A stretch of DNA of 64,000 bases from Paramoeba atlantica (lineage: Eukaryota > Protista > Discosea): NCBI GenBank assembly GCA_977017575.1, contig CDRNVI010000169.1, positions 1 through 64,000 on the forward strand. The letters are read 5' to 3'. The position numbers were made by a program, and so were the translations under genes. The notes below the pieces were generated by a model. That model ran no database searches and was not told the origin of the DNA. It saw nothing but the letters and a program-made list of their open reading frames with translations. This document shows positions 35,136-46,057 of the stretch, piece after piece. Each line of letters starts with the position of its first letter. Positions within the stretch are counted from its first letter, which is position 1.

Positions 35136-36803
35136 ATGAAAACAATTAGAATCAAAACAAAACCCCTACGATCGGATAGGTCGATCCACTTATCAGGAAC
35201 AAAAATCTCATTAGCAGTAAATTGACCATATGGTGAATTTCCATCGTAGTAACCGGGAGAAAAAAGAACCTCAAAAAAAAAGAATTTTAATAAAGAAGAA
35301 TATTAATAAAGAATATTAATAAAGAATATTAAGAAAGAATATTAAGAAAGAATATTAAGAAAGAATTTTTAAAAAGAATTTAAAAAAGAATTTGGATAAA
35401 GAATGTAAAAAAGAATTTGAATAAAGAATTTTTAAAAAAGAAAGAGAAGTTAAATGGAACAGAGAAGGTCTATAAAAAAAATGAAACAAGAACAGATAAA
35501 AGGAAGAGAGAGAGAGAAAAAAAAAAAGAGAATACTTTGGAAGAATAAGTTTCAGTTGCTTGTTCATATAAACAATGGCCAGCTGTCCAAATATACCTAT
35601 TTTTTTTTATTTTTTAAAAAAAAGTTTAAGACTTTTGAATGTTGATTGAGAAAGAAATAACAAGAAGGGAAAAGAATAAAAGAGAGAAAAAAATTGTAAT
35701 CAAAGAGAGAAACGAAACTTGGTTTGAACGATCGAAGCTGAGCAAGTAAAAGCAGTCTTTCCCATAAAAAAAAACAATTTCCCCACTATTTTTTAAAAAA
35801 AGATTCATGAAAAAAAGATACAACTAAAATACAAAATGAAAAGAAAATGAAAAAAAGGTGCAAAAGTTGCAAAAAAAAAAGAGTATTTTTGATTTTGAAA
35901 AAAACAGATATTTTGAAAATTGAGAAAAAGAAAGAAAGGAAAGAGAAAAGACCTGCCCTTCCAGGATAATTTGTGTACCATGAACGAGATTTGTTTGTTT
36001 CATAAAGTCCAGTGCAACTCTCCTCCTTTTAAACAATAAATAAATAAATAAATAAATACAACAGAAAAGAAAAAGCTTTCAACATAAAATAATATTTATT
36101 TTTATGAGAAATTATTGACAAATTGTCTTTTAAAAAAGAAGACGAAGAGGTTCACTGGAGAAAAAAAAAAAAGAAGAAAAGAGAAAAAGAAAGAGAGGAA
36201 TGTTGGTTACTAAAATTACAAGAAAAAAACAAACAAACAAACAAACAACCGAATCATAAAACAATAAAAGAAAATAAGAAAAAAAAAACAATAATGAAAT
36301 AAATAAGGAAATAAGAAAAAAAAAATACATCAGAAGTCGAAGAAGTTGAAGCCGTGTTTTGATCAGATGAGATTTGAGAAGAAGAAGAAGAAGAAGAAGA
36401 AGAAGAAGAATAAATTGGGAAAGGCATTGGTTTTGCCGCTTCCATTCTCTCTTTTGTCCAAAACCTATTTTTCCAAAGATTTTAAAAAAAGAAAGAGAGA
36501 AGAGAGAGGGAAGTTCTTGGAGTCAAAACAAGAAGGAGAGAAAAGGAGAGAGAAAAGAGAGAGAAGAGAGAGAAAAAAAAACTTGATGAGAGAATCAGAA
36601 TCAAGAGAAGAATCGAAAAAAAGATCTTTCCGAACAAAATTGACTTTCTCTTTTGAAAAAACACCTTCTTCTTCTTCTTCTCTCTCTTCTCTCTTTTGTT
36701 CTCCCCCGACGCATATCAAAAGAACAAAAAACATCAAAAGGACAAAAAGAAATGGGAAAGAAGAAGAAGAAGACCCATTCGAACCATTCTTCTTCCCCAA
36801 CAT
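33566..36803 (-). CDS. Bacterial-type (actinobacterial/V8-like) trypsin-fold serine protease with signal peptide and C-terminal TM, intron-rich
   Basis: Exons give FWTKERMEAAKPMP, FTCSASIV, WTAGHCL (His), PGYYDGNSPYG, YDYGVL (Asp), SVGYPA, GDATQGSSGGP (Ser), PYFNG, and a TM YLWIVVVLSAF|AVAIGVTLII, ending at TAA 33566. Confidence 0.85.
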
Positions 36804-37112
36804 GTTACTTGCGCCCCCCTTTTTCAAAAATTGTTCTCTTTTTTCTCTTTCTTTCTCTCTCTTTTCTCTCTCTTTTTCCCACTTTTTTTTCCAAATTTTT
36901 TAGTTTTTTTTAAACCAATAAAAAATGAACACGTGTGAAAAATCAAATCCGTCATCCGCTCTTGAAAGAAATTTCATTTTTTTATTGTTTTTTCGGTTGG
37001 AAAAAGTTTTTTGTTTCAAAAAACAAAATCCGATTTTGATTTATCGATATCATTTTTTAATTTTATCAATTTTTTGGATTTCTTTTTTGTTTCTGGGAAA
37101 GAGGGCTCATCT

Positions 37113-39444
37113 ATGGCGTCGGAAGAGAATATTCCTTCCTTTTCTCGTGAGGAGAGCCAAGCTGTCCAAGCCTTCTTTTCAAGTGCTCGTAATGGACAGA
37201 TGGAAGGCGTTTTCGGTTTTTTTCTTTCTCTTTTTCTTTTTGCAAACAACAAAAGAGGAGAATGAATAATGTTGTTTTGTTTTTTTTTGAAAAAAAATAG
37301 CTTCTTTGTCCCAAGGTGTGGATCCAAACTCCAAGTTTATATTTTTTCACAAAATACCTTCTGGGTGTGGCACTTTAATTTGTTCAAATTATTTTCTTTC
37401 TCTTCTTCCAGGGATGCGTCAGGAAAAACAGCTCTCCACCACATCGCATCTGTGGATCCTCGTGTGAAAAAGGTTTACATTCTTTCTTCTCAATTCATTT
37501 GAGATTGAAACAAAAAATATAGAAAAAAGATTGGGAAATGGTTTATAACGAAACCAAAACAATAGAATTTTAATGAAGGACTGATTCCTCTTCTTTGTCA
37601 TCACGGAGCGAATGTCAACCTCCCTGATACAAAGGTCCAATGAATCTTGCAAATTTTTTTTTTGATTTTTTGACCCTCTTTGAAAAAAAAAAAATGATGA
37701 AAATAGGACAATCGCCCTATCCATCTCGCAGCACTTCGATCCAATTTATCTCTTGTAACCCAATTACTTCGGTTGTGTGATTGTTTCGTTTTTTTTCTTT
37801 TTGGAAATTACTCTTTGAAGAAAAGAAAAACTTCTTGCTCAACAACTTTTTGTCAATTTATAATAGACTTGGTGCTGAAGTAGATGTTGTAAACTTCAAA
37901 GGCATGACTCCACTTCACATATCTGCCGGTTACATTTTTCACAATTTTTTTTTTTGAAAAGTTAAAAGCAGAAACTGATTTTTATTTAACAGAAACAAAC
38001 CAAGCCGAAATCACCAGGGTCCTTCTTGATCATGGTGCTTCAATTAACTTACAAGTTTTCTCCTCCTTTAAACTCCTCTCTTTTCTCTCTTCTTCATCTG
38101 CAGCAGTGTTGTGTGCCGGAGAAACTTTGTTCTGAAAAGACTTTTTTTTATTGTTCTGACTCTCTCTCTCTTTCAAAATATGATCTAGAATAAAGTGAAT
38201 CCAGAAGGATGGGCTCCGATTCATTTTGCTTGTGCTGATGAGGTTGAATGTTTCGTCAATAAGAGAACATTTTTCTGGAAAAAAAAAATTGGAAAACTGA
38301 AAAAATCATATTTCAGGGATTAGAATGTGTTGAGTTGTTGATTGAAAGAGGCGCGAACCTTGCTCTCACTGATGAGGATGGAAACACACCCCTTCATCTT
38401 GCTTGTACTCAATCAAGGTTTCTTTTTCTTTTGAAATTAAGGAATTTCTGGCAATTTTTTTTTTCCTTTGTTTCTTTTTTTTTTGAGCTTTCTCCTAATT
38501 TTTCTCGTGACAGTGACAAAAACTGCGAGATATTACAAATTCTTCTTGAGAATGGTGCTGATATCTCTATTTCAAATACAAAAAGAGGAAGAACAGCCCT
38601 CCACATTGCTGTAAGCTCTGGTTTTCGTCAGGTTAAATTGAAAAAGAAAGAAACACACACACTATCTTCACAAAAGAGAGAAAAAAATCTTCTCTCAAAT
38701 GAAAGCTGATTTCTCTTTCTTTTTTGAAGGCAGTCGAAATTCTCTTAAAGGCTGGTGCTGAAACTGAAAAAGGTTCGAAAAAATGGAGTGCGAAGAAAAC
38801 CCAATTGATTGAATTTTAATTGTCAAAAATAGGTGACAGTGAGGGAAATACAGCTCTCCTTCTTGCTGTTCGAGATGGACACTGGTAAATTTCTGGCTTT
38901 TTTTTTTTCAGTTTTTTGCACCTCCTTAACATCATGCACCTTACCATACCCCCCCCTCTTTCTTTTTGATTGCAAACAGTTCCATAGTATCAATTTTGTT
39001 AAAGTATGGTGCGAAATGGGAAACAACAAATCGGAGAGGGGTGAGTTCTCACGATTTAGCTCAAAGTGACGAGAGGATGGTGCGCTTAAGAGCTGATCCA
39101 AGTGGTTTGTTTTTTGCTTCTGGGGTTTGAAATTTTAAAATTTGTTGATATTTTTTCTCCAACACCAGCAAATTGGCGTGGTGATCCAAAACATCGTGCG
39201 CGATGGGTTTATGTGGTACAACAAAAAGATTTTTTTTTTTTGTTTTGAATTGTGTTTGGTTTTTGATTTTTTTTTTTCTTGGCAGTCCTTTGGCGCTGCT
39301 GTGACCCTGGGGATTGTGGCGATAGGAGCAGGTGTGTTTTTGACAAAAAAAGAAAAGATGAAAAGGAACAAGAAAAATCTTTATTCTTTCTCACTTCTTT
39401 CTCGCTTCTTTCGTCAGGAATTTACTTTCGACAAAAGAATCTGA
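37113..39444 (+). CDS. Ankyrin-repeat protein with C-terminal hydrophobic anchor, multi-exon
   Basis: Repeats GKTALHH, GMTPLHI, GNTPLHLA, GRTALHIA, GNTALLLA. Tail FGAAVTLGIVAIGAGVFLTKK. Confidence 0.85.
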
Positions 39445-39604
39445 ATTGAAAATCATTCGCTTTTTCCGAGAAGCGCGAAAAAAAATTGAACCTGAAAAAC
39501 ATCGGTTGAGGGTTTTTTGACTCAATCCAAAACTGCAAAAAGAGCTTAAAAAAAAGATCCCCAAAAAAGAAAAGAATTTAGAATTTTTTCGAACTCGTTT
39601 TTAG

Positions 39605-39760
39605 ACCGTCCCAGAGAAAAAGGGACGAAAGAGCTTCCTTATTTGGTGCGTGACTCGGCCACGTCGAGGGGAGGAACTCGAATGGTGAAACGGCATGTGC
39701 GACGGTGTCGTCGTCATGGGGAGGGAACAACGGTTGCCCCTCCCCGTTCAACTTAGGATG
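39605..39760. other. GC-rich hairpin cluster between two convergent genes; candidate structured ncRNA
   Basis: Four local hairpins (CGTCCC/GGGACG, TCGAG/CTCGA, GCGACG/CGTCGT, GGGGAGGG/CCCTCCCC) in otherwise AT-rich intergenic DNA. No family recognised. Confidence 0.3.
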
Positions 39761-39881
39761 GTATTTGACTGTATGGCAACAACAACAAATAGAAAAGTGG
39801 GAAAAAACAATAAAGGAATTGTTTTAATCTGAAATTTTAAAGTTTTATTTTACAATCTTTTTTTGTTTTGTGTTTTTTTTT

Positions 39882-41078
39882 TTAAGCTTCCTGCCGAATG
39901 CTCTGTTGAAGGAGGGAATGGAGCGGGGGTAAGGAGGCTCGAAGAAGAGAATCAGAAGCTTCTGGGGATTGTGATGTTCGTCGTTGTTGTTCAAGAGCTT
40001 TTTGGAGTTGTTGGGCTTTTTCTTGTTGTTGTTGTTGTTGTTGTTGGGGTTTTTCTTGTTGTTGTTGTTGCTTCTGTTGTTGTTCTTGTTGTTCTTGCAA
40101 ATGAACGGAGAGGGCGGAGAGGTGAGCCAAGGAAGGACCAGGCGCCGCTGATGGAAGGGGAGCGAAAAAAGGCGAGGAGGAAGATGGTGATGAAAATTGA
40201 GAAGAATAATCGCAAAAAAGTTGTTGTTGTTGTTGTTGTTTGGCGAACTGTTGTTGTTGAGGAGGGGAATATAAGGAGGGGGTCGCCATCATCATGGATG
40301 ATGAGTGGTGATGGTTTCGATGGAGATCAGTCACACCGCTCAAGTGGTGGGGATAATTTCGAGCAAAACACATTTCGTTGGCAGCAGAAGGAATAAAAGC
40401 AGCGGCTGGGGAAACAGAATCTTTTCGGGGAGGGACAATGGTAAAAGTGGATGAGGAGGTTGGGGTTGGGGTTGTGGCAAGCTTTGGGGGAGGAGGGGAA
40501 CCAAAAGTTTTCTCGTTTCCTTTGATGGGGGGAGTAAGAGAATAGCGAGCCGTGGAGGGAAGAGGAAGAGCAGAAGCAGAAGAAGGGCGAGGAGGGTTGC
40601 GAGAACAACCGGCCGCCGGATGACCGAGAGAAACACGCGCGGCGGCTTGTTCTTCATTGACAATTTGTTGGAGAAGTTTTAAGGTTCGTTTCCATTCCTC
40701 AAGATTAGAGCACTGGCCCCGTCGAAGAATCGCAGCAGGAGCATCCCTTCGTCGCCGGGACTCGAACCATTTCTTCACTTGAGAGGAGGTCATTCGAAGC
40801 AAGTTAGCAATTTTTTCAGCCATCTCGTGGTTTAAGTACTCGGAATAGTTCGTAAAGACCCATTCAAGTGCGCGGACTTGGTTTTCTTGGTGAATTACGC
40901 GACCCTTGTAGGCTCCGCGAATCTTTCGGTTCCTCAGCCAGCCACGGATTTGAAGTTTCGTCAAACCGGTTTCTTGTTGAAGAGCGAGCGTATCCTCAGG
41001 CTTAAGGGTCTCTCCATCCCAAGTCTTGAAGTATTTCTCTAATCTTTCGCGTTGCGCAGCATCAAACCAGTTTCCCAT
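39882..41078 (-). CDS. Tandem double-homeodomain transcription factor with Gln/Ser/Pro-rich tail, intronless
   Basis: HD1 FDAAQRERLEKYF...LQQETGLTKLQIRGWLRNRK; HD2 QENQVRALEWVF...IANLLRMTSSQVKKWFESRRRR. Confidence 0.88.
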   Translation of the reverse strand: MGNWFDAAQRERLEKYFKTWDGETLKPEDTLALQQETGLTKLQIRGWLRNRKIRGAYKGRVIHQENQVRALEWVFTNYSEYLNHEMAEKIANLLRMTSSQVKKWFESRRRRDAPAAILRRGQCSNLEEWKRTLKLLQQIVNEEQAAARVSLGHPAAGCSRNPPRPSSASALPLPSTARYSLTPPIKGNEKTFGSPPPPKLATTPTPTSSSTFTIVPPRKDSVSPAAAFIPSAANEMCFARNYPHHLSGVTDLHRNHHHSSSMMMATPSLYSPPQQQQFAKQQQQQQLFCDYSSQFSSPSSSSPFFAPLPSAAPGPSLAHLSALSVHLQEQQEQQQKQQQQQEKPQQQQQQQQEKAQQLQKALEQQRRTSQSPEASDSLLRASLPPLHSLLQQSIRQEA

Positions 41079-42550
41079 TTTTTTTTTTTTTTTCGTTTTG
41101 AAAAACAACTGTGTATGTTGTGTCCCCTCGTGGTGGTTGGTACAGCGAAAATTTTAAAAAATTGGAAAAGCAAAAACAAACGCAGACGAAGACGTCAAGG
41201 TGTCCACATCACGAAGTTTTATGCGACAGACCGGGCAGGAGAATTTCTCAAATTTCTCAACCCGCAAGAAATTTTAGGCGAACGAGGACCATTTCACGGG
41301 TGAAATATGGACCTAAGGTGCCATTTTTTTAGCTGTAAAAAATAAAACCCTATTCTGGCCGAGATATTTTTCCAAATATAGATTTTCAAGGCCCTTTATT
41401 TTAAGGATACGCGTTTTTCAGCTAAAAAGTGAGACGCGTCTCTTTCAAAAAAGTATTGTTACCTTGCTGCTCGTCTTTTTGTATGTGTGGTCCATCCAAT
41501 TTTATTACCAAAAATTCCCTTACTCCTTTCTAAACAAGTCGTATCCCCTCTTTTAATACGTTGAGGGAATGTCCAAAGAAAGTTCCATTTTAAAATAAGG
41601 TCGAAGAATACAGAAAAATGTGACAAACGACAGTTCTTTGAACCCTGGTTTGACAAAGAATCTTATAAGAAAGAGCCTTGTCGACAAGGCGAAAGGACAT
41701 CCGTCATCCACTTGCTGCCCCCTTTTCGAAAGGACGTTAAGGAAAACAAAAATAGCGGGAACTCTTTCTGTTGTTGTTGGAGAAAGAGGTTTTCTTTGGA
41801 ATCAGAATAAAAATATTTTGGTTTTTGAACATTTCAAATCTCTTCTTTTCTTTTCCCTTTCATTCATTTATTTGGATCAATTCTTTTCTTTCTTTTATTT
41901 TTTTTTCTTTTTTTTTTTCGTTTTTTTTTTTTACTTTTCTTTTTCCTTTCTCCTCCTTTATCCTTTGGTTTTTTTTTTTTCGCCTTTTCTCCTTGTTGTG
42001 TGACATCCCCTTTTTCTCGCAATTCTTTCAGATAAGAAATATTCACACTTTTCTTCGAGATTCCCAAACCAACGAACGAACTTTCGTTTTGCTCTTTCTT
42101 TGAAAACTCCTTTTCGAAGAGTCATTGCGTCACGCCATTCCCGGAACGAAAAAGAATTCCAACATATCGCGTGACACACGTCTTCTGTCCAGGACGAAGT
42201 CACACTTGTTTGTCCCCCAGAAACTCCAAGGACCCCAAAACAAAGTATTCACCTTTGATGCACCTTCCTACACAAGAGAATTCTCTCTGTCTTATCTTTT
42301 GGGGAAATACGTTATCTCTCTTTCCTCTCTCCTCTCTCCTCTCTCCTCTCTCTTCGAAGACCAATTTCAAAAAAAAAACAATGTTTATTTTTTCTTTCTC
42401 AAATGATTTTTAATTTATTCTCACAAGATTTTTTGATTTTACAACACAGAAAATGTCAACTGATGACAACTCCACGAAACTACTTCAACGAGAGTTTTTG
42501 GTTGTTTCGCAGATTTTCGATGAAGAAGACTCTTTGTTCCCTCTCTCTTT

Positions 42551-45207
42551 TCAAAAGAGGTCTTCAAGAGCCACCCTCGAATTCAATGGGACTTGCTCCG
42601 AATCCCCTTCTTCTTCTTCCTCTTCCTCCTCCCCCCATTCTTCTTCCCCTTTTTTGAAAAGGACATCAATCATGAGACGAGTTGGGAGAGCCAAATACAC
42701 ATTCCTTTGTGGTTGAGAAATACTTTCTTCTTCTTTTCCTTCGCTCTTCTTCTCTTCACCAAGAAGAGGAACCAATGAAGAAGATAAGAGAGTCTCCTCC
42801 GACTGATCATCATCATCATCATCACCATCATCACCCAAAACAGGAGGACCATCACCATCACCATCATTACCATCATCACCCAAAACAGGAGGCACAACAT
42901 CATTATCCAAAAGAGGAGGGGAACTGCTGAGAGATGTCGAAGGAGAAGATGGTGGTGACTTTGGCGCAGGGGGGTATTGAATAGCAGAGACCACTTTCAA
43001 AACTTTGAAGTAATGTTGCATCATCATTTGTTGGTGCTGATGTTCTCCTGACGCCATCTAATGAAAATAAGAAAAATAAAAAAAAAAAAGAGATTGTTTT
43101 AGATTTGTATTTTCTGAAGACAAAATTAAATCAAAAAAAAAAAACTCTTTCTTTTTTTGGTGTCACTTTTTTTCCCTTTTTTTTTTCTTTTTTCTCTCTC
43201 TTTTTCTTTTCCAAAATGGTATTTTTGAAGGAGTGTTTGTTTGTTTGTTTGTTTGTTGTGATAGACTTTTGAAACAAAACAAAAAAAAAGATTAACAAAA
43301 AAAAAAAAAAAACCTGTTCAAGAACTCGCTGAGAAGCTTCAATCCAGGCCGCGTGATTTTCACTTCCTTCTCCAAACGAATGAAACCAAAAAAGACCTTC
43401 TTTTGCTCGATAAGGTGCAATCAGAAAAAAAATCGCCCCAATAAAAAGTAATACAAGGCCTTCATGAAATACAGCTCCCAAAAATTCAAGATACCACGGG
43501 AGGAAGTAAGGAGATATCTTTGAAACAAAGAGGAGGAAAAAGTACCCAGCAATTAAAACTCGAATCCTCTTGAAAACATCCAATTTAATTTGAAGTGATT
43601 TGAGAGTCCAAACCCAGACATCTCGATCTTCCTCCTGAATCTGATCCTCAACTGCTTCTACCCACAGAATCCGAAACTTTAAACATTCAATGTTTTGACT
43701 GATATTGGAAAAGATATTTGGGAGAAGGAAAATATATAAGACTAACAGTGATGTAATAATGTCGTAAAACGAAAAGAAAAGGAGTGATGAAAGAAGAGCA
43801 ACGAGGGAAGAAGAAAGGGCACGGACTTCGTTCGAGTTCAATTCAGCAAGAATACACCAACCATGAGCCAATAATAACAAAGCACAAAAGAGAATACATT
43901 CTGAGACCGCATACGAAAGATTTTCAACGACACGAACTGTTGATTCTCGGTCTCCGTCCTCAGTATACCACTGCCAATATAACCAAGTTATATACACAAC
44001 AATTGTTTTTGAAATCGCAACCAACAAAAAAAGATCGTGAATTCGCTGATATTGATGAGTATAAAGCATTGTCTCTTCCAAAGTCAATATTTCTCTTGGC
44101 GGAATCTGATTTTCAAAAGAAAGTTTTGCAAAATAGGATTGGAACACAAGTACACCCATTATCAACACTAACAAGATCCACAATACTAGAATCACTGGAT
44201 AAACCCACAGCAAAGGCTGTTCTGACAATGAAAGTTGAGAGTCCGGATTGAGAAGAGTATAATTTAGGTGAATTGATTTCGTAAACTGACAAGAGGAATA
44301 TTGACACTTTTGACAGTTCAAAAGCCCAAGGTGATAACGACCGGTCCTATGGATTGTGTGGTTTAGAAGTTCACGATCCAAGAAGGAATGTGCGGTCAGT
44401 TCACAGATCTGTCATTTTTGAAAAAAAAAAAAATAATCTCAATTAAAAATGGGTAGGAGGGGGAGGGGGAGGGGGAGGTAATAGTTTTACGTTTTTAGAA
44501 CAAATAAAATGAAAGAAAAAAAAAAGGTCATTGAATTAAAAAAAAAAATTAAATAATTCCAAAAAATGAAACCCGTTTTGCTGGTGGTGGTTCAAGAAAC
44601 GGATAATAATATGTATCATAGTAAAGTGAATAAGTCTCATCTCCGTGTTGACAATAAGTGTCAACAAGATCGGTTGATTTGGTCAGTTTCTCCCACTCTT
44701 CGCTTTTACAAAAGAAGAAACCAAGATTGCTGTGAAAAAAAAAAAATATTTAGAGACTCTTTTTTTTTCATTTCATTTTAAAGTGTGAACTTCTTCCCTC
44801 TCTTTTGAAAGAGAGAGAGTTTGTCTTGCCAGGGGAGAAAACAATTTTTTTTGGACATAACAAAAACACATACCTTCCATCAGCCCTTACCCCACCATTC
44901 TGGCACTCCACCCGAAAAGAACCACCCTCTTCAAAAACAAATTTCTCAATTTGTGTAATTTTTCCAAGCGAAGCAGGATACAACACATCACGGTTCGTCT
45001 CTTTCAACCCACTTGATTTTTGTGTGAAGAACAACATCCCTTTTTTGTTTTTTGTTTTTTGAGTGGTTTTTCAAGCAAAACACATCACACAAAACAATCG
45101 GAAATCACACATTCAAAACAATAAAAAGAGATAAAGAAAGAACCAATAAGGAGAATTGTTTTCAATTCTTGACAAAAACAAAAACTCCGCCGCCGCCTCT
45201 CCTTCAT
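42551..45207 (-). CDS. GOST-family seven-TM protein (GPR107/108/TMEM87-like)
   Basis: Lumenal domain (RYHLGLLNC), then YTLLNPDSQLSLSEQPL immediately before TM1 and about 7 hydrophobic helices including LLAHGWCI. The start codon is approximate. Confidence 0.8.
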
Positions 45208-45475
45208 TGTGGTATGTGTGATACAAGAGAGAGAAAGAAAAAGAAGTTTTAAACAGAAAAAAGATCGGAATGAAAAAGAAAATATTTTTTCTTGGCCAAA
45301 AAAAGAAACCCAAAATTTTTCGCGAAATTCAACTTCCTTTTTTGGAACTTCGCTGAAAACACTTTTTCTTTTTTCTTTATTTTTCATTTTTTTTTTATTA
45401 TTTTTCATTTCTCCCACGACCCTCTCTTGTTGTAGAGTGAACAGTGTGGCATTAACCCTCTCCCTCTTCAACCAA

Positions 45476-45682
45476 ATAACTTCTTGGCTTCTTGGCTTAG
45501 ATCATTTGTAGTATCTGTTCTTATTAGCTTAATAACTAATAGTGATTTCCATGTGTTATCACGCGTTATTGATCTAATATCTTGTGGGTGTTTCTCTGGA
45601 GCCAGCAAGAGGCTTGCTTCTTGCCCAGAGAAAAGAGATCACCTGGCTTACCACGCCCTGCCATGTGTTGTCCGGTCTCCCC
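45476..45682 (+). ncRNA. U2: U2 spliceosomal snRNA
   Basis: ATAACTTCTTGGCTTCTTGGCTTAGATCATTTGTAGTATCTGTTCTTATTAGCTTAATA matches the U2 5' end, including the branch-site recognition GTAGTA. Stem III (TTTCTCTGG...GCAAGAGG-CTTG-CTTCTTGC...CCAGAGAAA) and a 3' stem-loop IV are present. Confidence 0.95.
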
Positions 45683-46057
45683 CTTTCTTTGGCATTTCTT
45701 TTTTTTTTTGGTCGAAAACAAATTGTTTTTTGTTCGAGAACAACAACACGAAAATGAAAAAAAGAAAAGAAGCAAAATAATCACAATTCTTAATTCATTG
45801 TTGAAAGAGGGGGTGTTGGAAGAAGGGTGGAAAGAAGGGGAAATTGGGTCAAGAGAAAAATTAAGAAAGAGAGGCGGATTTCAAGCTTCTCTTTTTAGAT
45901 CTCAACTAAAAACGAATTTGGAGTCCAATGAAAGAGGGGGAGAGTTCGAAGAAGGGAGATAAAAGGAAGAAAAAGAGTGGCTTAAACAGATTGCAAAGGT
46001 AAGAGGTACGAAGAGAGGAGGGGGGGAGATCGGATTAATCAAAAGAAGAAGAAAAAA

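Noticed and set aside
39676-39760. tRNA or tRNA-derived SINE (A-box-like TGGTGAAACGG, B-box-like GTTCAACT)
   Set aside because: No acceptor stem or T-stem pairing, so it does not form a cloverleaf.
41150-41440. Possible MITE (TACAGC...GCTGTA), short palindromes and two ACGCGT (MCB-like) sites upstream of the homeobox gene
   Set aside because: The inverted repeats are 10-12 bp or shorter with mismatches, and there is no second copy or functional support.
42453-42716. 87-aa Ser-rich plus-strand ORF
   Set aside because: It overlaps the coding 3' end of the GOST gene antisense and has no recognisable motif.
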